Source of the DNA: Felis catus
Taxonomy: Eukaryota
Assembly (NCBI RefSeq): GCF_018350175.1
Contig: NC_058368.1
Coordinates: forward strand, 228,782,001 to 228,846,000
Length of the DNA stretch: 64,000 nt
Direction: 5' to 3'
The notes beneath the pieces are model-generated. The model did no database searches. It was not told the DNA's origin and was given only the letters and a program-made list of their open reading frames with translations. This document shows, in pieces, positions 12,540-24,371 of this stretch (positions are counted from its first letter, which is position 1; every line of letters begins with the position of its first letter). Both the position numbers and the translations under genes were made by a program.

Positions 12540-13330
12540 CATAGCCTGAGGAACCTTGAGGAAAGGTTAGTAAAATCGGGAAGGACCCCAAGCATGAAAG
12601 TAAAAGTATCAGATCAGGGAGATGGCCATCAGTAAGGAACTGAAAGGAAATTAGGAGAATGTAAACTGCAAACTGGAGAAAAGAAGACCCTGGAGAAGAA
12701 GAAGTTATTTAGTAGCAGTAATGGGGCAACACTGTAACCTGCAAGGCATGAAAAATAGGGTATGTACCTAATGACTTGGTAATGTAGTTAAATAGATTTC
12801 CAGACGGAACTGATTTCTTTCTGACGTGTAGGAAAGATACAGACAGAGGAAGATGGACTAAAGATAAAAAAGTAGGGCCTCCTGGATGGAAATATAAAAC
12901 CCTTTCTCATTCTCACTCTCTCCAAATGACACATAATTCTCAAACTAAATAATAGCTTCCAAAGCAAAGGTACGATCCAGGTTGCTATCAGGTAAATAAG
13001 ATAGAAATATAACCAATGATATGATGTAAAACTCTTTGTTAAGACTTCAGAAAGATCTGGGAATGTTGGGTGGTCAGTCAGTTAAACTTGGACCCTCAGT
13101 CTTGGGTCAGGTCTTGATCTCAGGGTCCTGAGTTCAGGCCTCATGTTGGACTCTGCACTGGCCACGGGGCCTACTTAAAAAAAAACAAACAAAAAAAAAC
13201 AAAAGACTTCAGAAAGGTCTAAGGAATTTCTTTGAATTCATGAGCTACTTTTATGGAAAGAAAAGATGACTCAGAAGGGAGTCCCAAGAGGCAGAAAGAA
13301 CAACTACCAAGAAGAAAGTCTGAGCCCTGA
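12540..13330 (+). mobile_element. MaLR (MLT1) internal sequence fragment, interrupted by a SINE
   Basis: aaactggagaaaagaagaccc...atgtacctaatgacttggtaatgtagttaaatagatttccag...ctttgttaagacttcagaaagatct match remembered MLT1-int motifs. Confidence 0.75.
13059..13202 (+). mobile_element. Short CanSINE lacking the (CT)n segment
   Basis: tRNA-like head ending ggggcctactt followed by an A tail. 18-bp TSD aagacttcagaaag(a/g)tct at 13041-13058 and 13203-13220. Confidence 0.92.
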
Positions 13331-13692
13331 TGGCTTGATTTGATTTGAGGTTGTTTATTAGTATGTGAAAACAAACATGAAATCAAACAAAAAATGTTCT
13401 TTTACTTTAAGTCTTCTACAAGTTTTGCTTCTGCATGGAATTCTGAGTTGATGGTTCCATTGTTCTAGACCATGTACTACTCTTGATGAAATCCACATCC
13501 TGAACTTTGGATCTCTCTACCCTGTGGATAGCACAGAGCTTGCAACTTCCTATGCCGTCAAATATTTCTCTACCTAATTTCTCCCCTCCCTCTACCCACA
13601 GATTTGGCTTTCCTACTGTTTTCCTTGACTAATGGACAGTTTTTCTAGACCTATCAATTTTCTAAGGAAAATTTCCCATGGAACACCCTCAT

Positions 13693-13890
13693 TTTGGATT
13701 TGAATCTCAGCTTCAGTTGCTTAATGAATTGGGTGACTTACTTAAGCCCTCTGTGTATTTTTATTTGTAAAATACTGACTTTTGTAACTTCTACTTTAAA
13801 TTTTTTTACTTAAATTAATTAAGTGTAAATTAAGTGTAAAACAAATAAGTGTTTAGAGACGTGAATAGAATTCATTATTGAAGATATTTA
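13693..13890 (+). mobile_element. MIR fragment
   Basis: ggatttgaatctcagcttc...ttacttaagccctctgtg...tttgtaaaat. Confidence 0.6.
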
Positions 13891-15219
13891 ATTATTATTT
13901 ATTACCTTGCCAGGATTGTTATCACATTGCCACTGTTTGAAGTGACCTGCTAAATGCCTGTACCCACGAAGCCAACATGTTATTTCAGAGTAGACTGCCA
14001 CTTACAAAGACTCTGGCAGGAGGTACCAAGGAAAATTCTTAAAAGCAATGACCTCATAGTCCTGGGCACTGGCTGATGGAGTTAGCTTTTGCAAACTTTC
14101 TATGTTGTAGATAAAGTCTTCAGTTTTCCTAAAATGTTTTCTGCTTAGAAGTGCTATAAAAAGGAGAACGTTGGCTAAACTTCATTAATTTGTCATTTAA
14201 CATTTCTATCACATCAGTTTTGTCAGTTAAAATCTAAATGTCTACATGGAAAAATAATGCTATTTAATAAAAATATCGAGTAAAGGTTTCAAAATGTCCC
14301 CTGTTGTCGTTTATTCATTCTCTGGGAGTTGTTTTAGAAAGAGAGAAGGCAGACAAGAAAATGGATCTTTGACATATTTTTATGCTTTCTTCATCAGTAG
14401 TGGTCTCCGAAGTGAGGACATTCTGCTCTGGGGGCATTGCATGGCTGGCTTTTAAGACCTTAACTCCTAAAGCAACATCAGAGAGAGAAAAAGAAACAAA
14501 AATGGCTTTAAAACAAAGCCCAGAAATAACAGATATTCAAGAAGAAAAATAAATATGGTATGATATAATAAAATATTTTATTTGGCAATACTCCATTAGT
14601 ACCGTTTTGAATGGCTGCCTAGTAGATGGGCTATAGTAAGTGCTCTAATATCTTGACACAGTCTCTTTAATCGCTTGAGGAGCAAGGGGGATTTAATATG
14701 ATTCTAGAGATTTTCTCCATGTTGAGATTATGTTGAGGTATGTCACTGTAAGTACATGTCTGTGCATGGGGATCAGTGTGTATTTGGAAACAAAGAACAT
14801 TCATTTTCTTGTGGATGCTTTACGCAAGTGGTTGCATAGCTTTGTGAATAATAGCCCAGCTCCTAAAGGAACAGGGCAGGGGCTAAAATATCATGTAGTC
14901 CATTTCAAACAACCCAGAAGTGTCACTGTGTAAAGTTGTATGACACAGCCTTACTACTGTCACTAGAATGCGTGCCATTAAAATATACAAATTATCAGAA
15001 GACCACATTGAAAAAACAGAAAAACACATATAGGTGATCACAAATCCAGAGACTATGAGAACACAGTGTGTTTATTATAAGGGATTGAATGAATCGTCCC
15101 TGTGGGACCTGGGAATAACTAGAAGATGCCTTTATGATAAAATTCCATGAAGTGCTGTCTCAGTAGGTCTCATTGGACAATCACTGATAGAATGGACGAG
15201 AGAAAGGAAAGATATCCGT

Positions 15220-15620
15220 TGTTGTGGTAAGGCTCTTGATGAGGATGCTCTGAGCACCCTTCTGAAGCCTCTTTTCCAGCGCATGCTCCATTCACTAGGG
15301 GGCCTGGAGAATCGGATGCTGAGCATTCACAGCTGTCTTTTCCCAGAGCGGTGCCTGGGCCAACCAAGATCCCTGCTCCAGCTCCAGCAGGGAAAGACTC
15401 TGTGCATCCCTAATGCTCACCCCCAACAGAGCTCGGCCAAAGACACAGGGTTAAAGGGACAGGTGCTTGACTCAAGGGAGAGACCTATTTTGTGGTGAAA
15501 TTCAAGCTCTAGAGCTTTCTCTGGATCGGGCCCATTCTTGCTTTGATGATTTATCCTTCTTTGGATTTTCTTTCTCTGGTTCTAAGAACACTCACACAAA
15601 AGCCCCTGTTCTTTACATAA
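15220..15620 (+). mobile_element. Old ERVL LTR (LTR16/LTR33-like)
   Basis: Starts tgttgtggtaagg and is GC-richer than the flanks. gctgagcattcacagctg and aagctctagagctttctctggatcgggccc resemble LTR16/33 consensus motifs. Confidence 0.55.
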
Positions 15621-15850
15621 AATGATAATCATAATTTGGACAATGCACTTTGCAACTCTGTTTTGCTGACCAAAGCCACTAGGTATTGCTTATTTCCTTG
15701 TAAGAACTTATTATTACTATTTTTTGTAACATGAAGTTCGTGATCTCAACAGAGAACTACTTAGATTAGTACTATGAATCTCACATAATTTTTCATTTGG
15801 TTTTCTTTATAGGCACAAAAGTCTTCATTAGATCACTTTGTGAATCTTTT

Positions 15851-15862
15851 TTGTTTGTTTAT

Positions 15863-15901
<39 letters not shown>

Positions 15902-16073
15902 ACTTGAGCTGGGGAGCGGCAGAGAGACAGGGAGAGAGACAATCCCAAGCAGGCTCTGCACTATCAGAGCAGAGCCCCAATGTGAGGCTTGATCATGAAC
16001 ACAACCCCAAGATCATGACCTGAGGTGAAATCAAGAGTCGGTTGCTTAACCGACTGAAACACCCAGGTGCCCC
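15851..16073 (-). mobile_element. CanSINE
   Basis: TSD tgtgaatctttt at 15839-15850 and 16074-16085. Confidence 0.95.
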
Positions 16074-16089
16074 TGTGAATCTTTTCATT

Positions 16090-17430
16090 GTTTAAATAAT
16101 CTGTTGGTATCTTTCACATTTGTTATTAACATACATTTTCTCTTTCTTTTGTTTAATATCACCAGGGATTTAGCAGATTCTTGTTTGTTCAAAAAAAAAA
16201 ACTATAAAAAAATCAACTAACTTCCTTTGTTCATGTTCTTTAGTCTGTTTTTCCTATTTCATTAATTTCTATATTGACATTTATTATTTTCTCCTTTATC
16301 ATCTGGGTTTAATTTCATAGTCTCTCTCCATGGCTTTATGCTTAGGTATTGATTTTATGCCTCTCACCTTTTATAAACAACTAATATTTTACATTCCGTA
16401 CTGAGCATAAGTTTATTTCCCCTTCCTACGTGTTGACATTTCACATTTTCATTACTAATCAACTAAACTATCTTTTTATTTGTATCATAGATTTTTAGGT
16501 AACTGTGAGACACTTAGAGATAATGTTTTCTAATTTCTGAGCATATGACAATTTTCTCATTATCTTTATTTATTTTTTAATTTTTAAAAAAAGTTTATTT
16601 ATTTAGAGATGCAGGGCTCAAACTCATGCAGGGCTCAAACTCATGAACCATGAACCGTGAGATCATGACACGAGCAGAAACCAAAAGTCAGACACTTAAC
16701 CAACAGAGCTACCCAGGGGCCCCTCATTATCTTTATTTTTAATTGATTTCTTGCCTAATAGCAACATAGAGAACATTTTTTTTTATTATTTGAAATTTTT
16801 GAGACTCATTTTTCATCACAAAAGACATGATTTTTTTTCATATCAATATTACATTTGGGCTTGAAAAATATTCTGAATTTTTGAATTTAATGCTTTATGA
16901 TGTCAAGTTTTTTTTTAATGTTGTAGTTCTTTGCTATTTGTTTTCCAATAATCTCACACTAAGATTTTGAAATGGTTTATTTCTCCTTTCAGTTCTATTG
17001 ATTATTATTTTATATATTTTGGAACTGTGTTAAGTAACTAAAATATTAATTTTTAATTGCATTTATATGTAATTATACATTAATTTTATATTATTTCTTT
17101 GTTCTGGCTACTAGTTATTTCTCCTTCTTATCCTTCAGTTCTCTTTATCTCTTTGCTTTTAATCTCTTTTGCTACTTTAATTCAACTAAAAATTTTTCAT
17201 TACCCCATATTGCTCACAGAAAATATATGGTGGGTGTTTTATCTTACCCTCTTTGTACAAAATGTAAGCACCTTAGAATACTTTGTCTACTCATTTTCTC
17301 CTGCATTTGTGATAATTTTCTATGAGTTTTAATTCTTCATATTTTTAATGACACATTATTAAGATTATTGTTTTAGACATTCAGTATTAAATTTGACTTA
17401 TATAAATTCATACTGACTTTGCTTCTATTC
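16090..17430 (-). mobile_element. Highly diverged L1 ORF2-region fragments
   Basis: T-rich antisense L1 pattern (tttttcctatttcattaatttctatattgacatttattattttctcc). Confidence 0.6.
16572..16721 (-). mobile_element. CanSINE with internal deletion and tandem duplications
   Basis: TSD ctcattatctttattt on both sides. The (CT)n region is missing. Confidence 0.9.
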
Positions 17431-17456
17431 CATTGCCACATGGATCACTTCCCTAT

Positions 17457-17493
17457 TTTTTAATTTTTAAAAAATTTTGTAAAGTTTATTTAT

Positions 17494-17539
<46 letters not shown>

Positions 17540-17674
17540 GAGGAAGGGAAGAAAGAGAGAGAAAATCCCAAGCACATAGTCTAACTGGGGGCTCAAACCC
17601 ACAAACCGTGAGCTCATTACCTAAGTAGAAATCAAGAGTCAGAGGTGTAGCTGATGGAGCCATCCAGGCGCCCC
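17457..17674 (-). mobile_element. CanSINE
   Basis: Perfect 16-bp TSD tggatcacttccctat at 17441-17456 and 17675-17690. Confidence 0.95.
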
Positions 17675-18713
17675 TGGATCACTTCCCTATGAACTCTCAC
17701 TCCAACAGTGAGAAATCTGCCGTCCATCATCAGCTACCCTTTTAACTAGCTGTTCAATCCCAGTATACATGCACAGCGGTACCAGAATTGTTAAACAGCA
17801 CCCCCACGGAAAACAGCCTTATTCAATGAGACCGACACCATTTTATTTTCCCTTTATTCTTACACTGAAGTCATTTCCAAACTTGCTTAGGTCAGGACAT
17901 CTTGAACTCATTTCCAAACTTGCTTAAGTCAGCACATTTTTCCCTAACCCACTTCAGTGAGGTCGTTCATGCATTTGCAATACACTTTGATTGTTGTGCC
18001 ACGTTCTGGATTCCATCCTGGAAAGTTCTGTGGTTACTGACAAATGCATAGTGTTGTGTATGCAAAACTATAGTATGGTACAAAATAGTTTTGCTACTCT
18101 CAAAAAATTTCCTCTGCTTCATCTATTCAATTTTTACCTCTCTAGAATTTCTGGCAACCATGGATTATTTATTGTCTCTCTAATTTGGCCTTTTCAAGAA
18201 TGCAGTGTAATTATAGTCATATAGCATGTAGCATTTTCAGATTAGCTTCTTTCATTTAGAAGTATGCATTCGATTCATCCACGTCTTTTTTGTGGCTCAA
18301 GAGCTCACTTCTCTTTACTGCTGACTACTGTTGCATTGTATGGATGTACCACAGCTTAATTCATTTTTCTATTAATGGACTCCTGACTGCTTCCAGTACT
18401 TGGTAATTATGAATAAACTTCCATAACACTAGTATACGTTTTTGTTTTTTTGTTTTTTGCTTTTTTTTTGTGGCAATTTAAATGTTAAATTAGCTGGGCA
18501 ACTACCTAGATGCAAGAGTTTTGGAATGCATGGTAGAACTTTAGCTTTGAGGAAACCAAAACAAAATGAAAGAAAACTGCCGAACTGTCTTGCAGGGTGT
18601 CTGTGCCATGATGGATCCCCCAACTCCCCCCCTCCGCCCGCCCCAGCAATGAAGGAAAATTCCTGTTGCTCGCCTGTGAGTGGTATTTTTAGTTATTGAG
18701 TTTTAGCTTTTCT

Positions 18714-18944
18714 TTTTTTTTTAATTTTTTTTTCAACGTTTATTTATTTTTTGGGACAGAGAGAGACAGAGCATGAACGGGGGAGGGGCAGAGAGAGAGG
18801 GAGACACAGAATTGGAAACAGGCTCCAGGCTCCAGGCTCTGAGCCATCAGCCCAGAGCCCTACGCGGGGCTCGAACTCACGGACTGCGAGATTGTGACCT
18901 GGCTGAAGTCGGATGCTTAACCAACTGCGCCACCCAGGCGCCCC
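18714..18944 (-). mobile_element. Young feline SINE (SINEC_Fc type)
   Basis: CpG-rich and near consensus. Perfect 16-bp TSD gagttttagcttttct at 18698-18713 and 18945-18960. Confidence 0.97.
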
Positions 18945-19029
18945 GAGTTTTAGCTTTTCTAAGTGTGTGGTTATTTTTACCATCTCCTTATTTTGATCTA
19001 ATTTAATTCTTCTTGTCACTTGTATATTT

Positions 19030-19031
<2 letters not shown>

Positions 19032-19076
<45 letters not shown>
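19032..19076. repeat. (TG)n microsatellite
   Basis: Directly visible. Confidence 0.97.
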
Positions 19077-19079
<3 letters not shown>

Positions 19080-21219
19080 CTTCTCTGTTTAGATCATTTG
19101 CTCATTTTTAATTGGGTTGTTTGCTTTCATATTACATTTTTAAGAGTTCTCTGTGTACTTTGTAATATAATTTCTTTACCAGATCGGTGTTTGTAAATAT
19201 TTTCCCTAATCTGTATCTTGTCTTTTCATTTTCCTAATAATGTTTTGCTCAAAGAAGTTTTTAATTTTAATAAAGTCCAATTTACCCAATTTTTCTTCCA
19301 TTTACTAACGTTTTGATGTTGTATCTAAAAACTCATCACTGAACCTATAGGATTTTCTCCTTTGCTGCTTTTTAGAAGTTGTGTATTTCTGTATTTTACA
19401 TCTATAGTCCCTTTGATCTTATCTTTATAAATGATGTAAAGTCTGTGTCTAGGTCTGTGTTTACGTATATGGAAATCCAATTTTTCCAAGTCCAGTTGTT
19501 CTAAAAGTTTCTTCCATTAATTACCCTTCTTCCTTTCTCAAAGATCAATGGATTGCATTTGTTTGGCTCTTTCTGGGCTCTCCCTGCTGTTTCATTGACT
19601 ATGTCTATTCTTTCAACAACATCACACTGCTTTGACTACTGCAGTTTACAAGAAGTCTTGAAATTGGGTAGCATGAGTCTTCCAAATTTGTCCTTTTTCT
19701 TTAGTATTGTGTTAGTTTTTTGTCTCTCCATATACACTTAAGAACCAGTTTGTCACTGTCTTTGAACTAGCTTTTGGGAATTTTGAATGGGGTTATGTTG
19801 GATCGATAGATCAAGTTGTGAGTAATTCATATCATACTGTTGAGTCTTAAAATACATGAAAACTAAACTATGCATCTATTTAGATCATCTTTGATTTCTC
19901 CCAGCAGAGTATTACAGTTTTCTGCATATAAACATTTTTCATTTGTGTTAGAGCTATACGTAGGTATATCCCTTTATTGGGTGCTATTGTAAATGTCATT
20001 ACCTAAATTTCAGATTCCAATTGTTCATTTGTGATATATAAAAAAGCAATTGAGATTTGAAAATTAACTATTAAACTCATTAAAACTTAAACTGTAACCT
20101 TGTTAATACTCCTATTATTTCAGTATTTCTTTTGGGTAGGAATTTTTAAATCTTGCCATCCTATAAATTAAAACAGCTTTAAGAAATCCATATATTTATT
20201 TTTTTAACCATAAAAATATGTTCTGTTCAAATTTCCTCTTTTCCTTGAATCAAAGTATGTTTTCTTGCTTTTCCCATGATTGTTCATTATAATTTATTTA
20301 CTGAGAAAAATTAAATATTTATATAACAATTATTATTAAATTTATATCAATTTAATGGTTATAAATATTTGTTTAACTTAATATTCATCCTTCTTAACCT
20401 TCAACGATCATTAGGTAATTATTTCTTTGGAATAAATTTGTAAAATAACTCCTAGTGAAAATGAAGGGAAATTTGTTAAAGTACCAATGATTTTAAAATT
20501 TTAATTTAGAAAGAAACAAAAAATTAATATATTTTTGATCAGTTAAACTTCTCTGTTTTCTTTCATTTGAATCAATACATCAATTGAGTTATATTTTACT
20601 ATTTTGCATCATCATATTAATGAAAATTCAATTTGTTGAAACGTCTAACAAGAACTCTCTTCCTTTTGACTGTGTCTGTAGTTAAGAAATAAACCCTTTT
20701 TAGTTTTTGCAAGTATCAGCCGACAAAGTGTTATTATTCAAGTTCTGTTCTCAAAAACCACTGTATAGGGTATCACATACTTGCCAGATTTGGAAGAAAG
20801 AGAATGTAAAAGAACATTGGCAAGACCAGAGAAGTCGATCTCCAAGCAGAAACTTAAATATCGGTCTTTTCTAGATCTTATCTTCATGCTTTACGACAGT
20901 CCATGAAGGATGAAACTCATGAGCATTTATTTTAATTCACAAGTCCCATTTTTGTCTGAAGAGCTCCTTGATAAGTTGATGTATCAGATGCAAATAAAGA
21001 GATAAAGAGATTGAAACAAGAATGCATGTGGTACACATTTTCTATTTAAATCAAATGTCTACATTTCAAAATGTGACTTACAGCATTTTTATCAGGATGC
21101 AGAGTTGATTTCTCTGAGGAAAAAAAAACATAGATAGGACTGACTTTTCTTTAGATTGTTTTCTATTCCCTTAATTTTGATAAGAAAAACTATTATCACT
21201 GTTTTATAGCAAAATAATA

Positions 21220-21326
21220 CAAGCATCCCTTGCTTTCCAAAAGTTAGCACCCCTTTTCATTAATACAGGTCTTTTGTAAAAGCAAAGTGGTGTAAGGCAA
21301 ACTTTCAGAAAAAGGGGGGATACCTG
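21220..21326. mobile_element. TcMar-Tigger MITE (Tigger9-like), 107 bp
   Basis: Imperfect TIRs caagcatcccttgctttccaaaagtt / aactttcagaaaaaggggggatacctg, flanked by TA at 21218-21219 and 21327-21328. Confidence 0.8.
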
Positions 21327-21354
21327 TACTTGGACATACTCCACATCCATTAGC

Positions 21355-21535
21355 AAAGTGTACAATGTGTTAATTTGGCACATTTTTATATTGCAATATG
21401 ATTACTTGTGAGCATTAGCTAACATGTGTATCATGTTATGTAATGGCCATTTCTTTTTTTTTTTTTTTTGTGAGAACATTTAAAGTCCAGTCTCTTAGCA
21501 ACTTTAAAGTTTATGATACAATATTGTTCAATAGA
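21355..21535 (-). mobile_element. L1MA9/carnivore L1 3' end fragment
   Basis: gtgagaacatttaaagtccagtctcttagcaactttaaagt. Confidence 0.8.
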
Positions 21536-21811
21536 TTTCAATCTTTCTCTGTGCTTTGATTATGGCCACTTCAGTACTGTTCCTGTTGTCACCTTTACTT
21601 TACGTCTTTAACACTCGGAGTGGCGGATTTCTGATGACCTGTCCTCCATGGTGAGAATGTCTAGTGACAAACATCTGTATCAGCATCCCTGTGGGCATTG
21701 TCAACAGCATCATATGTCCTGAAGGGTCTATCTCCGAGGATAAGTCATTGAGGACAAAATAGTTTTCTTCTCAATACTATATTTCTCCTACTAAGAAAGT
21801 AAGGTACATCA

Positions 21812-22425
21812 GGAATCCAAAACAGTCAAGTTCAGAGAAGCAGAGAGTAGAATGGTAGTGATCAGGGGCTGATGGGAGGAGGAAATGGGGAGATGTTGGT
21901 CAAGGGGTATGGTGTTTCTCTGAAGGTGTAATGTACAATAACGTGATTATAGTTAACAGTATTTTATTGTATTCTTAAAGTTTACTAAGAGGGTAGATCC
22001 TAAGTGTTATCACCACAAAAGAAAAAGAAAAGCAAATGGTGGAGTGCCCGAGTGGCTCAATAGGTTGAGCAACTGACTCTTGATTTCAACTCGGGTCATG
22101 ATCCCATGATCGTGGGAGCTCTGCACTGGGAGTGGATCCCGCTTGGGGTTCTCTGTCTCCCTTTCTTTCTGCTTCTGCCCAGTTCATGCAAGTTTTCTCT
22201 CACTCTCTCTCTCTCTCTCGTCTCTCTTTCAAAGTAAATAAATAAGCATTTAAAAAAAATAAAATGGTAACTATCTGAAGTGATACAGATATTAATTAGC
22301 TTGGTTATAGTGACTACGTCACAATATATGTGTATATAAAATAATTAAATTGTCTACCTTAAATATACACAAGTTTTAAATGTCAAATGAATACTTAATA
22401 CTGATCTAAGAAAAGAAAATAAAGT
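21812..22425 (+). mobile_element. L1MA9-like 3' end, interrupted by a SINE
   Basis: agagaagcagagagtagaatggtagtgatcaggggctg...ctaagagggtagatcctaagtgttatcaccac...aaatggtaactatctgaagtgat. Confidence 0.85.
22041..22261 (+). mobile_element. CanSINE inside an L1 3'UTR
   Basis: SINE head, (CT)n and A tail. TSD aaatggt. Confidence 0.92.
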
Positions 22426-22533
22426 ACAGACAGAAATAAATTTCGAATCTGACCAGCTATTATGACAAAATGATACATTACTAGCCATTATAAAATTGAT
22501 AAAAGAAATATATTCAGAAAGTAAGTGTGTTTT

Positions 22534-22729
22534 GGGCCACCTGGGTGGCTTAGTGGGTTAAGTGTCTGACTTCAGTTCAGGTATGATCTCACAGTTTGTG
22601 AGTTTGAGCCCCGCGATGGGCTAGGTGCTGACAGTTTAGAGCCTGGAGCCTGCTTTGGATTTTGTGTCTCCCTCTCTCTGCCTGCTCATGCTCTGTCTTT
22701 CTCTGTCTGTCAAAAATAAAGAAAAAAAA
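22534..22729 (+). mobile_element. CanSINE
   Basis: 17-bp TSD agaaagtaagtgtgttt at 22516-22532 and 22730-22746. Confidence 0.95.
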
Positions 22730-23100
22730 AGAAAGTAAGTGTGTTTCATATTATAAAATATAATTGAGATAAAATATTTTAAATAAAATAATGGTTAATG
22801 TGACCATTTGGAATTTTTCTGCACTGTCAAAACAGTGAAACACTACTTGCATATGTATATACATATTTAAATTTTTAATATGACCAGGGTTGAGGATTGG
22901 AACAAAGATTTGCAAAGCCTTGGCAAAATCCCCGAGGCAGAGAAGCGTAGGATCATATGTTGTGCTTGAGATGAGATCTTTGCGGTGAGTCTGACCTCAC
23001 ACAAGACTGCCCATCGTAGCTCTGTGTGGGCCACCAATGCAAAGGGGGGATAAGATGATGAGAAGAAGAGCTCCAAGAGTATCTGCTTTGGGCTACACAT

Positions 23101-23101
<1 letters not shown>

Positions 23102-23138
<37 letters not shown>
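23102..23138. repeat. (CA)n microsatellite
   Basis: Directly visible. Confidence 0.97.
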
Positions 23139-23142
<4 letters not shown>

Positions 23143-24097
23143 AGTTGCTTGCATGTCTTCTGTCTACAGTGACTTAGATGAAAGAATATATACTCTGTAT
23201 CACATTGAATTATGCTGTATATTTGTCCTTTAGTTACATAAGAAAGCACACCATTCTTTGATTGTCCCAATTATTATTCAGTGTGAGGTGATTCTTATGT
23301 AGCCAGTGAGTTTGAGCATGAGGGTTTAGGTACACAGATTAATGACCTCAGAGCCATTTGCATGGTTGGTGCTGTGATCAGTTTACTTCTCTTTTTGTTT
23401 GTTTGTTTAGCAGAGAATGCTTTGGAGGAAAAAAAAAATGAGACATGTACTAAGTAGAAAAATGGTCAAATAGAAAAAAAAATGCTATTTAACTGAGACA
23501 CACTGCACTGCTGTCTCTTTTAATCCGAAGTGCCAGTCTAGGCTTCTTCCCAGGGTCAGATTGGGCCAGGGAAGAGGACTAACTGACATAAATAAGGAGC
23601 ACGTGCACCTGTGGACTGAAGACTGGAACATTTTGGACATTCTGTATGGAGACTTGCAGATGATGTCAAACAACTTTTTTAAGCCAAGAGTTAACTATCT
23701 GGCTCCGCACTTAAGTTCACTTCAGCTCAACCATTTCTCCTTCACTCCACTTCTGCCTTTTTGAGAAATGTTCAAACATGCTTAGCTAGGATATCTTTTA
23801 ACTCCTCTCAATTCTTGAGGAACTTGTTGTAAATGGCTTTTCTAATATTACGGTTAAATTTTGTTAGTAGTAGATACTATTATTTACATTTGTATATATT
23901 TATTTTAGATCTCCAAATAACTAATTAATCTCTTGAAGTTGGTGCTTTATGCCACTTTAAGCTCTAAACTAGAGTTTATCTAATGACTCTTCAATTATAG
24001 AAACCAAAAAAATATTAGAGTGAGACATTATTTTCTGTGTTTTAGGGGACACCAAGCTTTTTTAAAATAAGAAACGTTTAAAAATAAGGAAACTGTA

Positions 24098-24280
24098 GGG
24101 ATGCCTGTGTGCTCAGTTGGTTGAGCATCAACTCTTGATCTCAGCTTGGGTCTTGATCTCATGGTCTTGAGATCTAGCCCTGGGATATCAGGCCCCACGT
24201 TGGGTGTGGAGCCTGCTTGAGATTCTTTCCCTCTCTCTCCCTCTGCCCTCCATCTCTGTCTCAAAAAGAAAAAAAAATAA
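24098..24280 (+). mobile_element. CanSINE (older subfamily)
   Basis: gggatgcctgtgtgctcagttggttgagc head, ggagcctgcttgagattct and A tail. Confidence 0.92.
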
Positions 24281-24321
24281 CAGGTGTTAAGGTGAGTTGC
24301 CTTTTATAATTTATAAAATTT

Positions 24322-24325
<4 letters not shown>

Positions 24326-24368
<43 letters not shown>
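24326..24368. repeat. (AT)n microsatellite
   Basis: Directly visible. Confidence 0.97.

Positions 24369-24371
<3 letters not shown>

Larger units (their letters stand above)
17690..20170 (-). mobile_element. L1MC-type (L1MC2/3-like) 3'UTR plus ORF2 end, interrupted by a SINE and (TG)n
   Basis: ttcagtgaggtcgttcatgcatttgcaatac; catgtagcattttcagattagcttctttcatttag; tttgctcatttttaattgggttgtttg; atcgatagatcaagttg. Confidence 0.85.

Noticed and set aside
15132..15498. Three overlapping ORFs in a GC-richer block
   Set aside because: Better explained by an old ERVL-type LTR, whose higher GC content lowers stop-codon frequency.
20780..20905. Protein-like short frames on both strands
   Set aside because: Poor splice context and no recognisable homology.
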